From: a virus
Lineage: Duplodnaviria; Caudoviricetes
DNA length: 25,684 nt
Direction: 5' to 3' (one strand)
Virus record (IMG/VR): IMGVR_UViG_3300031997_000058
Location: 1 to 25,684 of that record
How positions within the stretch are numbered: the stretch's first letter is position 1; each line of letters opens with the position of its first letter. The notes beneath the pieces were generated by a model that saw nothing but the letters and a program-made list of their open reading frames with translations, ran no database searches and was not told the DNA's origin. Below, piece after piece: positions 24,963-25,684 of this stretch. Position numbers and translations under genes: made by a program.

Positions 24963-25684
24963 TTACTTTTTTTCACTTCGTTTAGATTCTATACGCTCTT
25001 CCCATGCTTGAGAAAGCTGCTCTTTAAGGCCCTTACTGACCCTAATTTCCTGATCGGTGGCCTTAGAAATGGCCTCGCCTAGAGAAAGTTTTCTTTCAGA
25101 AGCGACTTCTTTCGTCTCTTCAGAAGACTTCTCGCAATCAGCTTCTTTACCGCCCTTCTTTTCGTCTTTCTTCATGAAGAAGAAAGGAAACTTACCCTTC
25201 TTCGACTTGGACTTAGAAATCTCTGCCATTTTGACAGCGACCTCCTGAACAAGAGCGATGCAGTCAGATTCTTCTGGCTTACAACCAAGACTCTGAGCAA
25301 TTAAAGAGATTTCCTCGGCGGAAAGTTCCGCTGTTTCTACCTCTTCGGTTTCCTCTTCTGCGGAAGTGGTGGCATACTTAGACTTGAGAGCAGAGAGTTC
25401 GCTTATGTAAGAAGCAAATTCCTCGTCCGACATACCACGAACCTTAGAATACTGGGTTTCTGCGGCTTCGTCGTCAAGGGCTATCCCTACCTCTTCAAGT
25501 TCAGACATGCGCGTGGCGGCAGTCTCTTCACGAGCGATCGTCTCTAGGGCAGCTTCCGCTACTTCAGAACGACGATAAAGTTTTTCAACTTCTAGCTCGA
25601 GAGCTACTATTTTTTCGTTGGCCGCAACTTCTGCTGCGGACGGGGAGGTTTCAAGGCCAGCAAACATCTCTTCGTATTCAGCTA
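24963..25684 (-). CDS. Capsid scaffolding protein / prohead protease-scaffold C-terminal part (5'-partial)
   Basis: Highly acidic coiled-coil protein upstream of the decoration and MCP genes. The frame stays open past the ATG at 25667 to the window edge (AEYEE-MFAG). Confidence 0.7.
   Translation of the reverse strand, partial: AEYEEMFAGLETSPSAAEVAANEKIVALELEVEKLYRRSEVAEAALETIAREETAATRMSELEEVGIALDDEAAETQYSKVRGMSDEEFASYISELSALKSKYATTSAEEETEEVETAELSAEEISLIAQSLGCKPEESDCIALVQEVAVKMAEISKSKSKKGKFPFFFMKKDEKKGGKEADCEKSSEETKEVASERKLSLGEAISKATDQEIRVSKGLKEQLSQAWEERIESKRSEKK

Noticed and set aside
15483-25248. Short plus-strand ORFs and alternative-frame minus-strand ORFs (e.g. 16369-16686, 19961-20278, 23315-23632, 23855-24037)
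   Set aside because: They overlap well-supported structural genes and have no independent evidence.
13816-25684. Possible stop-codon reassignment (15 visible stops: 11 TAA, 4 TAG, no TGA)
   Set aside because: All genes are intact under code 11, TAG ends genes at sensible boundaries, and no gene needs TGA read-through.
1-25684. CRISPR arrays, tRNAs, introns, inteins, tail sheath gene
   Set aside because: None seen. The window is almost fully coding, I recognised no intein splice motifs in the giant ORF, and there is no sheath-sized gene besides the tube protein.

Overview
This window is the head-neck-tail morphogenesis module of a large tailed phage (siphovirus-type; no sheath gene seen), encoded entirely on the minus strand. 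Gene order from the right edge: scaffold (5'-partial), decoration protein, major capsid protein, small virion protein, DUF1360-like membrane protein, HNH endonuclease, hypothetical protein, head-tail adaptor, head closure, neck protein, tail terminator, tail tube protein with a duplicated tube domain, small hypothetical protein, two paralogous tail assembly chaperones. These are followed by a giant ORF that the supplied track missed because it runs off the left edge: TTG at 13791 down to position 1, at least 4597 codons, with no stop in my manual translation. It is a tape measure protein that also carries a complete single-chain two-barrel RNA polymerase (beta-like motifs, then beta'-like motifs including NLDLDGD) and an HExxH zincin-like protease between the polymerase and the TP901-type tape measure core. 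A TMP-fused virion RNAP is known from Thermus phage P23-45 (gp96). The version here appears to keep clamp elements, adds a protease, and contains no cysteine. All family assignments are by eye from motifs and gene order; no database searches were run.
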